A stretch of DNA of 64,000 bases from an uncultured cyanobacterium (GCA_903934745.1 CAIZOZ010000062.1:1392-65391), one strand, 5' to 3'; numbered from the stretch's first letter, positions 51,521 through 60,767 are shown. The notes: a model not told the origin generated them from the letters alone. Made by a program: numbers and translations.

Positions 51521-52759
51521 ATGCCCGCCGATTCCAAGGCTGCATCCGGCACGTCCGGTTCCCTGTCCACCCCTTCTTCAGCCTCCAAGGCGGCGTCCGC
51601 CGCTGATGCCAAGGCCATGGCCGAGCGCGACAAGGCCCTGGGTCTGGTGCTGAACCAGATCGAGCGGAATTTCGGCAAGGGTTCGATCGTGCGTCTTGGC
51701 GATGCCTCCCGTATGCGGGTGGAAACGATTTCCACCGGCGCGCTCACCCTCGACCTGGCCCTGGGGGGCGGCTATCCCAAGGGTCGGGTGGTGGAGGTCT
51801 ACGGCCCGGAGAGTTCCGGTAAAACCACCCTCACCCTGCATGCCATTGCCGAAGTGCAGAAGCGCGGTGGTGTGGCCGCCTTTGTTGATGCGGAGCATGC
51901 TCTCGATCCGGTCTATGCCGCCGCTCTGGGGGTCGATATCGAAAATCTGCTGGTCTCCCAGCCGGATACCGGCGAGATGGGTCTGGAGATCGTCGATCAG
52001 CTGGTGCGCTCCGGCGCCGTCGATATCGTTGTGGTCGACTCGGTGGCTGCACTCACACCCCGGGCTGAGATTGAAGGCGAGATGGGGGATCTGGCGGTGG
52101 GCAGCCAGGCGCGCCTGATGAGCCAGGCGATGCGCAAGATCACCGGCAACATCGGCAAGTCCGGTTGCACGGTGATCTTCCTCAACCAGCTGCGCCAGAA
52201 GATCGGGGTCACCTACGGCAACCCTGAAACGACCACGGGCGGTAATGCGCTCAAGTTCTACGCCTCGGTGCGGCTCGACATCCGCCGCATCCAGACCCTC
52301 AAGCGTGGTACCGAGGAGTACGGCATCCGCGCCAAGGTCAAAGTGGCCAAGAACAAGGTGGCGCCACCGTTCCGGATCGCCGAGTTCGATATCCTCTTCG
52401 GCCGCGGCATCAGCACTCTGGGTTGCTTGCTCGATCTCGCCGAGGAAACGGGCGTGGTCTGTCGCAAGGGAGCCTGGTACAGCTACGACGGCGACAACAT
52501 CGGCCAGGGTCGTGACAACACGATCATCTGGTTGGAGCACAACCCTGGCCCCAAAGAGGTGATTGAGCAGCTCACCCGCCGCAAGCTCACCGAGGGCTCG
52601 GAGGTCACGGCCAATTCGATGAAGCCCCTGGCTGCTGCCGCCAAGCTCGCTGCCACTGGTACGGCGGACACGGACGCAGATTCAGATTCAGATTCAGATT
52701 CAGATTCAGAGGCAGAGACGGAGGAGGTGGCGTTGGGCACCCTGTCGGCGGCCAGTTGA
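51521..52759 (+). CDS. recA: recombinase RecA with extended acidic C-terminal tail
   Basis: Start at ATG 51521 (MPADSKAAS). [10 protein letters not shown] Walker A and full RecA core. The tail is ...[22 protein letters not shown]... Confidence 0.96.
   Translation: MPADSKAASGTSGSLSTPSSASKAASAADAKAMAERDKALGLVLNQIERNFGKGSIVRLGDASRMRVETISTGALTLDLALGGGYPKGRVVEVYGPESSGKTTLTLHAIAEVQKRGGVAAFVDAEHALDPVYAAALGVDIENLLVSQPDTGEMGLEIVDQLVRSGAVDIVVVDSVAALTPRAEIEGEMGDLAVGSQARLMSQAMRKITGNIGKSGCTVIFLNQLRQKIGVTYGNPETTTGGNALKFYASVRLDIRRIQTLKRGTEEYGIRAKVKVAKNKVAPPFRIAEFDILFGRGISTLGCLLDLAEETGVVCRKGAWYSYDGDNIGQGRDNTIIWLEHNPGPKEVIEQLTRRKLTEGSEVTANSMKPLAAAAKLAATGTADTDADSDSDSDSDSEAETEEVALGTLSAAS
52679..52708 (+). repeat. 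(GATTCA)5 hexanucleotide microsatellite inside recA
   Basis: Read directly. In frame, it encodes (Asp-Ser)5. Confidence 0.95.
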
Positions 52760-53039
52760 GCAGCCCAGCCGATCGCGGCGTCGAGCCGAACCTGGGGGAA
52801 CAGCCCCCAGGCGGCTGCAGGCGGTCGTAACCGATGTCAGCACTGGCGCCTGAGGTCGCTCTTGGAACGGCATCGGGCTTGTCCAGGGCAGGCGCCAGGC
52901 TGGTGGGGTGGAGACTTGACGCTGTGAGCTGAGCTGCGGGGGCATTCCGGGCTGGGGCGCTCCTCTGGGGTGGGTTCAAGCGCCGTGATCTGCGACGTAC
53001 CCGTCGTTGCCGGGATGTCCATTGCCCATGCAACTTCGC

Positions 53040-53123
53040 ACGGTTCAGCTCAGACGGTTCAGCTCAGACGGTTCAGCTCGCACGCTTCAGTTCTCAGGGT
53101 TCAGCTTGCCCGGCTCACTTCAT
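53040..53123. repeat. degenerating 14-bp tandem array (about 6 copies)
   Basis: ACGGTTCAGCTCAG x2, then ACGGTTCAGCTCGC, ACGCTTCAGTTCTC, AGGGTTCAGCTTGC, CCGGCTCACTTCAT. It is followed by a 17-bp duplicate, CAACGCACCCAGCTGTT/CAACGCGCCCAGCTCAT, at 53131-53164. Confidence 0.85.
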
Positions 53124-53418
53124 CGCGACGTCCAACGCACCCAGCTGTTCAACGCGCCCAGCTCATCGTGCCCAAGGCCATGCGCAGAGCTCGCCACGCT
53201 CAGGCCAACGGAGACAGACGTCAAGAGGAAACGTTGGGACCGACGGCAGGCCGCAAGGCGATGGATCTGGTGACGACTGCGTCGTCCTGTCAGGAATCGC
53301 CTCGGCTGCTGCTGTCTGGATGGCGCTGGGCCTGGCTCCGCCAGCTCTTTTCTGCCTGGCTGGACCCGACTCCCTGGTTGGTGTGGGCCCCGTGCTGGGG
53401 GCGTGATCCTCTTGGGTC

Positions 53419-53802
53419 TCAGGCCGCTTCCGGTCTTGAGCCGAGCTGGGTTGGGGCCACGGAATCGATCGCCGGCCTGACGACGGCCTGCGGTGTGGCC
53501 AAGGTGGATTGCAGGATCGCGGCGACCCGATGCAGTTCCTGGATGGCTTCGGCTCCCTCCAGCTTCACCAGCTCGTGACCGTCGCGGGATTCGATCCAGC
53601 TGATGCCGAAGTCTGAAACCAGGAAGCGCACCATGTGGTTCTCTCCGAGGTCGGCGACAAAGGAAGCGCTGTCGCTGCCGTCGCCGCAGCCGTAGCAGCT
53701 GGCGACATGGCCCCGCTTCTGCAAGCTGCTGGCGAGGGCCTGCAGGCTCATCACCAGATCGCGCACCAAGGCCCGGTATTGCTCGGCCAATCGGGGAAAC
53801 AT
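53419..53802 (-). CDS. hypothetical protein (127 aa)
   Basis: ORF with host-like codon bias starting MFPRLAEQYRALVRDLV. No family confidently recognised. Confidence 0.5.
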   Translation of the reverse strand: MFPRLAEQYRALVRDLVMSLQALASSLQKRGHVASCYGCGDGSDSASFVADLGENHMVRFLVSDFGISWIESRDGHELVKLEGAEAIQELHRVAAILQSTLATPQAVVRPAIDSVAPTQLGSRPEAA

Positions 53803-53964
53803 CAGGGGCCCGAGAAGGACATCAACCCGAATTCTAAGGTTTTCTTCCGATTTGTGGAACGGAATGGGCCTCGGTCAGTGGATCCACGTTTGGCTTGGTC
53901 GTTGCGGTGAGCCAGGTCTGGGGCTGGTTCCGATCTGGGGCGGGGCCAGTGGTGCGCTGGGCGC

Positions 53965-54207
53965 TCAGCGATCGGCCAGGCTCCACCAGCCCGCCGCCGG
54001 GCCGATGAAGCGCACCGTGACCCAGAACAGCACCAGGGCGCCGATGCCGTACCAGGCGCCACGGGTGGTGAGCGAGACAAAGCGGTCGGCCTGATTGCGG
54101 CTGAGCGGCAACCAGGACACGATCCGAGGCGAGGTGTCAAGGGGTTTGTCGACCTTCTTCTGGCGTGGTGGCAGGCCCTGGATGGCGCGGCGCTTGGCTT
54201 CCCCCAT
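53965..54207 (-). CDS. small membrane protein, DUF2839-like
   Basis: 80 aa. The MGEAKRR N-terminus plus a single C-terminal TM helix resembles the cyanobacterial DUF2839 family. This is from memory and not verified. Confidence 0.45.
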   Translation of the reverse strand: MGEAKRRAIQGLPPRQKKVDKPLDTSPRIVSWLPLSRNQADRFVSLTTRGAWYGIGALVLFWVTVRFIGPAAGWWSLADR

Positions 54208-54315
54208 GGGGGTGAATCTGGCAACTGAGCTCAGGCTAGGCGCCGCTGGTTCCCTGCCCCGGCGCGCTGCTCAGCCTGCTCCGCCTGGCCGGCGCCGACG
54301 GAGCAGCGGCAGCGA

Positions 54316-55776
54316 TCAGTTGGGCAGCAGCCGGTTCAGTTGCACCCAGGGTTCGAGGGCGCTGAACACCTGGCGGCCCCAGCTGCGGGCGCGCAGGCGG
54401 CCATCCAGCACTGCCAGCCGCCCGCCCTGGCGCCGCAGGCTGGCCAGGCCCCGCTGCAACCGATTGAGGGCATCGGGCAGCAGCAGTTCGCGAAACCAGT
54501 CCCGCCCCTGGCGGCGCAGTTCACTCACCTGGGCCGCCGTCAACGGATCCTCCAGGCTGGCGATCGGTAACAGGGCGACGATCAGCTGGCTGGGCTGGGG
54601 CAGCCGGCTCTGGTGGTCCAGCCACCAGCTCCAGCGGCAGCAGATCACACCATTGCTCTCGGGGGCGGTGCTTTCCTGGCCGACGCGGCTGCCGAACTCA
54701 GCGGCCAGGCCGCTGGTGAGGCGCCGGCGTAGATCGGCATCATCGAGCAGCACAATCGTCAGCCCCGCCTGCCCCAGCACCAGCCTGCGGCTCTGATCCA
54801 GCAGGTGGTCGGCGAACTGGGGGCTGTTCGGCAGGGGCTGGCGCAGCGGCGCATAGAGGGGCAGCGGCTCGGCCAGGGGGGGATCACCCAGCTCGACGGT
54901 CACCGCCGCCGGGTTCAGCCCCAGGGTGAGGGCACTGGCTGGCGGCCCCTGGGCCCGGTCCGATCCGGCCAGCTCTCCCACCAGGATGGCGCCGCGGTCG
55001 CTGAGCAGACCCTTCAGCTCCCGCAGGGGCGCCAGCGGTTGGCGATGCCCCTGCCATTGCAGCAGGTGTGGATCCACCTGGGCCCAGCTGCACCAGCCCT
55101 CCCCCTGGGCGGCCAGCCAGCGGTCCCAGGGATCAGGCAGGGGGGCCAGCAGCGTCAGCAGCTGGCGGATGGGCGCCTCCTCCTCCGGGGCCAGCGCCAC
55201 CGGCTGCCGGCCATGGCCTGGATGGCTGAAGATGCGTTGGCTCAGGCGTTGGTGCAGCTCCAGCAGGCTGTCTTCAGCTGCTGGCTGGGAGCGCCGCAGC
55301 CGATCCCAGTCCTGGGGGTCGAGGCGGATGCCCATGGCCTGGCGCAGATGCCACTCCAGCTTCTCGGCCTCCGGAATCACCAGCTGGCGTTCTGCCAGGG
55401 TTCCATGGCGCCAGGCGTTCAGCAGTTCCTGATGGCTCAGCAGCCAGAGTTGGCTCTGTGGTGGGGCCGTGGCTCCCTGCCAGCAGGGCAGGGACAACCC
55501 CACCGCCTGGAGGCGGGGCCATTCCACCTGCAGCAGCCGCTGGCGCAGGGCCGTGCTGACCACCAGAGCCACGGGCGTCTCGCCCAGGGCCAGGGGCACC
55601 AGCAGGCCGATCCACCAGCTCGGGTCGGTGCCTGGCACCAGGCGAACCAGGGTGTGGTCGTGGCGGCGCAGGCTGCGGGCCACCAGCCGGCTCAAGGTGA
55701 GATGGTGCGGCCAGCGTTCTGCCCCCTCCCCCAGCAGGAGAGCCTTGAGCTGCCGGTGGGCGCTGGCTTCCAACAT
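54316..55776 (-). CDS. DinG/XPD-like helicase-fold protein lacking Walker A and DEAH motifs
   Basis: - The C-terminal segment (IVALLPIASLEDP...LPDALNRLQRGLASLRRQGGRLAVLDGRL...WGRQVFSALEP) parallels the DinG helicase C-terminal domain.
- The expected P-loop reads VPGTDPSWW.
- The expected DEAH box reads VIPEAEKL. Confidence 0.6.
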   Translation of the reverse strand: MLEASAHRQLKALLLGEGAERWPHHLTLSRLVARSLRRHDHTLVRLVPGTDPSWWIGLLVPLALGETPVALVVSTALRQRLLQVEWPRLQAVGLSLPCWQGATAPPQSQLWLLSHQELLNAWRHGTLAERQLVIPEAEKLEWHLRQAMGIRLDPQDWDRLRRSQPAAEDSLLELHQRLSQRIFSHPGHGRQPVALAPEEEAPIRQLLTLLAPLPDPWDRWLAAQGEGWCSWAQVDPHLLQWQGHRQPLAPLRELKGLLSDRGAILVGELAGSDRAQGPPASALTLGLNPAAVTVELGDPPLAEPLPLYAPLRQPLPNSPQFADHLLDQSRRLVLGQAGLTIVLLDDADLRRRLTSGLAAEFGSRVGQESTAPESNGVICCRWSWWLDHQSRLPQPSQLIVALLPIASLEDPLTAAQVSELRRQGRDWFRELLLPDALNRLQRGLASLRRQGGRLAVLDGRLRARSWGRQVFSALEPWVQLNRLLPN

Positions 55777-55819
55777 CGCCGGATCGTAGGAAGCTGGCAG
55801 CCTTGACTCCGCAGCGACG

Positions 55820-56719
55820 ATGACAGCTCTCTGGCAGCGGCATCCGGTCGGAATCGTGGGCCTGGGCCTGATCGGCGGCTCCCTTGGCCTTGATCTGCTC
55901 GCCAGGGGGGCAACCGTGCGGGCCCTCGTGCATCGTCAGGCCACGGCCGATCGGGCCAGGCAGCGGGGCCTGGCCAGCGAGGTGTCGACGGATCCGGCGG
56001 TGCTTCGCGATTGCGCCCTGGTGGTGCTGGCGCTGCCCCTTGATCGGCTGCTGGAGCCGTCTGCTGCGCTGTTGGCTGCCTTGCCACCCGCCGCGGTGAT
56101 CACCGATGTTGGATCGGTCAAGGGTCCGGTGCTCGCGGCCTGGACGGCCCGGCTGGGCCCTGAGCGGGCCAGCCGTTTCGTCGCCTCCCATCCGATGGCG
56201 GGGACGACCCAGGCCGGGGTGGAGGCGGGTGCGGCCGGCCTGTTCCGCGGGCGACCCTGGGTGGCGACCCCAGGGGCGGACACGGACCCGGCGGCGCTGG
56301 CGGTGGTGGCGGAGCTGGCCGAGGCCGTCGGCGCTCGCTGGCTCACCTGTGCCGCCGCCGACCACGATCGGGCGGTGGCCTTGATTTCCCATCTGCCCGT
56401 GTTGGTGAGCGCGGCCCTGCTCCAGGCCGCTGATCACGGTGCCGCCGCTGCTCCGGCTCTGGATGCCGGGGCGGCAACGCTGCCCCAGCTGGTGCGCCTC
56501 CTGGCCTCCAGTGGCTTTGCCGACACCAGCAGGGTGGGAGGTGGCAACCCGGAGCTCGGCATGCTGATGGCCCAGGGCAACCGGGAGCCGTTGCTGGCTG
56601 CCCTGGGCCAGTACCGCCAGGCCTTGGCCGATCTGGAGCAGTTGGTGGCCAGTGAATCCTGGCCGGAGCTGCTCGCCTCCCTGGCGGAGGCCCAGCGGTT
56701 GCGACCGCAATTTCTCTGA
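55820..56719 (+). CDS. tyrA: prephenate/arogenate dehydrogenase
   Basis: GIVGLGLIGGSLG Rossmann motif and the HPMAGT catalytic motif. Confidence 0.88.
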   Translation: MTALWQRHPVGIVGLGLIGGSLGLDLLARGATVRALVHRQATADRARQRGLASEVSTDPAVLRDCALVVLALPLDRLLEPSAALLAALPPAAVITDVGSVKGPVLAAWTARLGPERASRFVASHPMAGTTQAGVEAGAAGLFRGRPWVATPGADTDPAALAVVAELAEAVGARWLTCAAADHDRAVALISHLPVLVSAALLQAADHGAAAAPALDAGAATLPQLVRLLASSGFADTSRVGGGNPELGMLMAQGNREPLLAALGQYRQALADLEQLVASESWPELLASLAEAQRLRPQFL

Positions 56720-56737
56720 GTGTGGGGCTGGCAGTGC

Positions 56738-58405
56738 TCAGGCGCTGGCGGCTGGCTCGCCGATTCGCAACGTCTGCCCTTGGCGTTGCAGCAGCTGACG
56801 GCAGGCCATCAAGGCGGAGAGGCTGACGCCGGCCGTGCCCTCGCCGGGGTGGATCGAATCGCCGCACAGCCACAGGCCCGGCAGCGGCGTGCGGCTGGCC
56901 AGGCCAAAGGGACCAAAGCGCAGGGGTTGCTGACCCAGACCGCCCACCCAGCCCCAGGGCCGTCCGGTCCAGCCAGCGAAGCCGCGGGGTGTGGCCAGTT
57001 CCTGGTGGATCCAGGGCTCTGCGTCGAGCTGCAACAGCTGTTGGAGGCCGGCCTGGATGCCAGCCATGGCGCTCTGTTTGCGGGCCTGATACCCGGCTTC
57101 TTCGCCCTCGAACCAGGGCCGGGCCGGGGTGAACACACTGGCGATCACCGTGGCCTGCCCTGCCGGTGCCCGCCCGTCCCCTTCCTGGCTGATCGAGACG
57201 AACAACGGACCCGGATCGCCCCAGTCGAGCTGCAGGTGGGAGGCACAGTCCGCCGGCAGCTGGCTGCGTGGGATGGCGCCATAGAACACCAGGGCACCAC
57301 TCGGTTCCGGCAGCAGCGCCAGGCGCTGCTGATAGCCGCTGGGCAGCTGGCTGTCCAGCAACGCCGGCAGGCTCTGGGGCGGCAGGGTGACGATCACATC
57401 GTCGGCCTCGACGACAAAAGAACCTTGGCCGGGAGCGGCGCCGTGCAGCCGCCAGGGTCTGTCCTGGCCGGGCGGGGGGGGCACGATTCGCTGCACCCGG
57501 TGGCGCAGCCGCAGGCGTCCGCCCGCCTGGGCCAAGCCCTGCTCCAGGGCCGCGGCCAGGGCCTGCATCGAACCCTGCAGATGCCACAGACCCAAGGGCT
57601 CCTGCACCATCGAGAGCACGGTGGCGCCATAAAGGGCGGCGGTGCGATCCGCCGCTTCCTGCGAATAGAGCCTGAGTTGTAAATCGAGAAAGCGCCGCAG
57701 GCGGTGATCGCCACCGCAGCCGCTGAGATGTTGCAGATCGGCGATGCTGGCCGTGGTCAGCAGGCCGCTGAGCAGGTTGCCGGCGCCGAGGGCACCCAGC
57801 AGTTGCCCCAGATCCCACCAGCTGCGCGGCGGCAGCACCGGATCTTTGGCGGCGAAAGCCCAATTGGCGTGATGGATCGCCTCACAGAGGCGCCAGAAGC
57901 GCTCGCTGCCGGGAAATTGGGATTGGCGTTCCTGGCGCCAGCGCTCGGGATCGCGGTGAAGGCGCACCGGCGCTCGCCCATCGGCCAGATCCACGACGCA
58001 GCCTGGATCCAGGGGCTCGGCCGCCGGTGGGTCCACGTTCAGATGCTGGAACAGGCGCTGATGAATGCCACCGGCCTCCAGCCCCGCCACCTGGGTGGCC
58101 CCCACATCGAACACATAGGGGCCGCGGCGGAAGGTGCCGGCGCAGCCACCGCTCTGGTGGTGGGCCTCCAGCAGCTCCACCCGCAGGCCCTGTCTGGCCA
58201 GCAGGCTGGCGGCCGTGAGTCCGGCGATGCCGGCACCCACCACGGCCACGTCGATGCGGCGTGGAGCTTCCAGGCGGCTGGCGGTATCCGGCGCAGGCGC
58301 CTCGGGCGGATCGGTTGAAATAGCGGGCTGGAAGCTGAGGCCGACCCTAGGGATCCTCGGGCTGGAGCTGGGATGGCCCGGCGCTGCGGCGGCATCGGCT
58401 GCCAC
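56738..58405 (-). CDS. FAD-dependent phytoene-desaturase-family oxidoreductase, CrtD-like
   Basis: VAVVGAGIAGLTAASLLARQG dinucleotide fold, with SGGCAGTFRRGPYVFDVGATQVAG resembling C-3',4' desaturase CrtD. The start is uncertain (GTG at 58405). Confidence 0.65.
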   Translation of the reverse strand: MAADAAAAPGHPSSSPRIPRVGLSFQPAISTDPPEAPAPDTASRLEAPRRIDVAVVGAGIAGLTAASLLARQGLRVELLEAHHQSGGCAGTFRRGPYVFDVGATQVAGLEAGGIHQRLFQHLNVDPPAAEPLDPGCVVDLADGRAPVRLHRDPERWRQERQSQFPGSERFWRLCEAIHHANWAFAAKDPVLPPRSWWDLGQLLGALGAGNLLSGLLTTASIADLQHLSGCGGDHRLRRFLDLQLRLYSQEAADRTAALYGATVLSMVQEPLGLWHLQGSMQALAAALEQGLAQAGGRLRLRHRVQRIVPPPPGQDRPWRLHGAAPGQGSFVVEADDVIVTLPPQSLPALLDSQLPSGYQQRLALLPEPSGALVFYGAIPRSQLPADCASHLQLDWGDPGPLFVSISQEGDGRAPAGQATVIASVFTPARPWFEGEEAGYQARKQSAMAGIQAGLQQLLQLDAEPWIHQELATPRGFAGWTGRPWGWVGGLGQQPLRFGPFGLASRTPLPGLWLCGDSIHPGEGTAGVSLSALMACRQLLQRQGQTLRIGEPAASA

Positions 58406-58443
58406 GGAGCGCCAAGCTGGCTCTCAGCTTGCGGGCTTCGGTC

Positions 58444-59382
58444 ATGGGGCGCTCAGGCTCCGATGCGTTGGTTCCCTGGTTGGCCGAACGCCTGGGGGTG
58501 AAGCTGCTGGCGCGGCGACCGCTGGGCGGCGGCTGTATCCACAGCGCCTGGCGGCTCGAGTTGGAGGGGGGTGGTTGCCTGTTCGCCAAGACCAACCGGG
58601 CCGAGGCCCTGGCGTTGCTGGAGGCGGAGGCTGATGGCCTGGCGGCCCTGGCGGCGGTGGCCGATCCCTCGCGGCTGACGGTGCCCCAACCGCTGGCCCT
58701 GGGGCTGGTGGGGGAGCAGGCCGTGCTGGTGCTGCCCTGGCTGGAGCTGGAGGCAGGCGGCCGCAATGTCGCTGACTGGGAGCGCTTTGGGGCCTCTCTG
58801 GCTGGCCTGCATCAGCGCAGCCTGGCGGCCGCCGCGGCTCCGCACGATCGCGGCGACGGCAGCTTCGGCTGGGGCCGCGACAATGTCATCGGCACGACAC
58901 CTCAGGGCAATGGCTGGTGTCGCGACTGGGGTCGCTTCTTCGCCGAGCGCCGGCTGGCACCCCAGCTGGCGCTGCTGGCCCGATCCGGGCCGGCTCTGGC
59001 TGGAGCCGAGGCCTTGCTGGAGCGGGTGCCGGCCTGGTTGTCCGGCCATGGGGCCGTGCCGGCCCTGGTGCACGGCGATCTCTGGAGCGGCAACGCCGGT
59101 TTGTGTGGTGAGCGCTTGGGGGCCCTGTTCGATCCGGCGGTGCATCGGGCCGACCGGGAGGTGGATCTGGCGATGGCCCGGCTGTTCGGGGGCTTTCCGC
59201 CGCGTTTTTTCGCCGGTTACGAGCGGGCCTGGCCCTTGCCGGCCGGCCATCAGCAGCGCCGGCCCCTGTACAACCTCTATCACCTGCTCAACCACGCCAA
59301 CTTGTTTGGCGGTGCCTACCGGCAGCAAGCCCAGCAGACCATCGAAGTCCTGCTGGGCCAGGGCCTCGACGGAGGGGCTTGA
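58444..59382 (+). CDS. fructosamine/ketosamine-3-kinase family protein
   Basis: Contains LVHGDLWSGN, DPA..H.DREVDLAM and YNLYHLLNH motifs. ATG 58444 is preferred over TTG 58429. Confidence 0.88.
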   Translation: MGRSGSDALVPWLAERLGVKLLARRPLGGGCIHSAWRLELEGGGCLFAKTNRAEALALLEAEADGLAALAAVADPSRLTVPQPLALGLVGEQAVLVLPWLELEAGGRNVADWERFGASLAGLHQRSLAAAAAPHDRGDGSFGWGRDNVIGTTPQGNGWCRDWGRFFAERRLAPQLALLARSGPALAGAEALLERVPAWLSGHGAVPALVHGDLWSGNAGLCGERLGALFDPAVHRADREVDLAMARLFGGFPPRFFAGYERAWPLPAGHQQRRPLYNLYHLLNHANLFGGAYRQQAQQTIEVLLGQGLDGGA

Positions 59383-59644
59383 GTGCCGTTGCGATCCGCT
59401 GGCTGGTCTTGGTGCGAAATGCCATGGCCTTTGCCTGGCTGGATCGACACCGGCTGGTTGGAGCCAGGCGGAAGATCGTGAACTGGTTCGCTGTGGGCAC
59501 CGCGCCAGGCCTTGTGCGGCCCTGCCGAGACCGCCAGGGCTCAGCTGGCCAGTGAGAAGCCTGGACGCCGTCTGCTCAGCGCTGGCCCCAGGAGGCCTTG
59601 CGGCGGGAGACTTTCCGCGCCTCCCGTCCCCAGAAAGCCCTGCC

Positions 59645-59675
59645 AATAAAAAAGCCTGCCCCTGGGGACAGGCTT
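59645..59675 (-). terminator. rho-independent terminator downstream of the CurT-like gene
   Basis: The minus strand reads AAGCCTGTCCCCAGGGGCAGGC followed by TTTTTTATT. Confidence 0.65.
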
Positions 59676-59700
59676 GAACTCCCAGGCCCTGGGCTGGCTG

Positions 59701-59742
59701 TTCAGCTCAGCTCAGCTCAACCCAGTGCGGCTCAGCTCAGCC
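59701..59742. repeat. (GCTCA)n pentanucleotide runs
   Basis: TTCA(GCTCA)3A at 59701-59720 and G(GCTCA)2GCC at 59729-59742. The latter spans the curT-like stop codon. Confidence 0.85.
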
Positions 59743-60147
59743 GAGATACTCCTTGCGCACACCCTGAAGCTTGGCGATCACGGCGTTGCGCTTCTCGCCG
59801 GTGGTGAGGTTGTGCCAGCTCCATTGGCCCACCACGACGAGGCCAAGCAGCTCCAGCAGGCCCGGAATGATCGGCAGCAGATTGATCGTGTCCAGCACGC
59901 CCTTGATCAGGATCTGGGCAACGATCACTGCCAGGACGATGCCGGAGGCTTTGCCGATTTTGCCCATCTGGGCCCAATCCACCTTGTCGAGGGTTTCGTT
60001 GATTTTGCCGATCACTTCGCCGTAGCGCTCGCTGAAGTCGAAGCCCCCCTCGGCTTGGCCGCTGGAGGCCTGCCCAGCCGAGCTCGTGGCGCCTTCAACG
60101 CTCCCCATCGCCTCGGTGGTGGTGTCACTGGTGGTGGTGTCACTCAT
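59737..60147 (-). CDS. curT: CAAD-domain thylakoid membrane protein (CurT/CURT1-like)
   Basis: Start at ATG 60147 (MSDTTTSDTTTEAMG). Two TM helices (ASGIVLAVIVAQILIKG and LLELLGLVVVGQWSW) and an amphipathic C-terminus. The track ORF extends upstream. Confidence 0.7.
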   Translation of the reverse strand: MSDTTTSDTTTEAMGSVEGATSSAGQASSGQAEGGFDFSERYGEVIGKINETLDKVDWAQMGKIGKASGIVLAVIVAQILIKGVLDTINLLPIIPGLLELLGLVVVGQWSWHNLTTGEKRNAVIAKLQGVRKEYLG

Positions 60148-60190
60148 GGAGGGAAGTACTCGCGTACGGCACGGCCGGTAACTTACCGCT

Positions 60191-60718
60191 GTGGACTCTG
60201 ACCTGCCAGCGGAGCTCAGAATCAGTCGGCTGGCGCTGACGGTTCTGCGGGCTGATCTGGGCCGTGCCCTGCCCGAGGAGGGCTGTGGGCTGCTGCTGGG
60301 CCTGATCGATGGCCCCCGCTGGCGGATCCGACGGATCTGGCCCTGTCGCAACAGCTGGGAACCGCTGAGCGAGCGCGCTCAGCGGTTCGCGATTGATCCT
60401 CGCGAACAGCTGTTAGCCCAGCGCTGGAGCCGGCAGCACGGCTGGCAGGTGCTGGGTTCGGCCCACAGCCATCCCACCAGCGAGCCGGTGCCCTCGGCGA
60501 TCGATCGCCAGCTGGCCTTCGTGCCGACGCTGATGTTGATCCTGGGGCCGGCAGCAGGGGCTGGCGGGACTGTGATGCCAGGCCGGCCGGCTGAATCGGC
60601 CGGTGCCGCTGCTGGGCCGGGCTGGGTGTCTGAGCCGGAGCTCGCCGCCTGGTGGCTGGCGGGCGATGGTCAGCCTGGTGGCCCTTGCCGGCGCCTGGGG
60701 TGGAGAATGGAGGATTGA
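60191..60718 (+). CDS. JAMM/MPN+ metalloprotease (Mov34/Mec+ family)
   Basis: EEGCGLLLG and HSHPTSEPVPSAID (HxHx7Sx2D) are read directly. GTG start. A Gly/Ala-rich insertion lies in the C-terminal part. Confidence 0.8.
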   Translation: MDSDLPAELRISRLALTVLRADLGRALPEEGCGLLLGLIDGPRWRIRRIWPCRNSWEPLSERAQRFAIDPREQLLAQRWSRQHGWQVLGSAHSHPTSEPVPSAIDRQLAFVPTLMLILGPAAGAGGTVMPGRPAESAGAAAGPGWVSEPELAAWWLAGDGQPGGPCRRLGWRMED

Positions 60719-60767
60719 GCCGTAGGCAGTCGTACTGCTGCGGCGGTGGTCCGCGCTTCCCCCAGCC

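Noticed and set aside
52970-53578. A 202-aa plus-strand ORF in the recA downstream spacer.
   Set aside because: - It runs through the 14-bp (non-triplet) tandem array and into the convergent gene at 53419-53802.
- The composition is Arg/Ser/Ala-rich with no motifs.
- It is likely non-coding.
59424-59555. A 43-codon plus-strand ORF (MAFAWLDRHRLVGARRKIVNWFAVGTAPGLVRPCRDRQGSAGQ) after the fructosamine kinase gene.
   Set aside because: High GC3 alone is uninformative in this genome, and there is no SD, motif or context support. It is kept only as a note.
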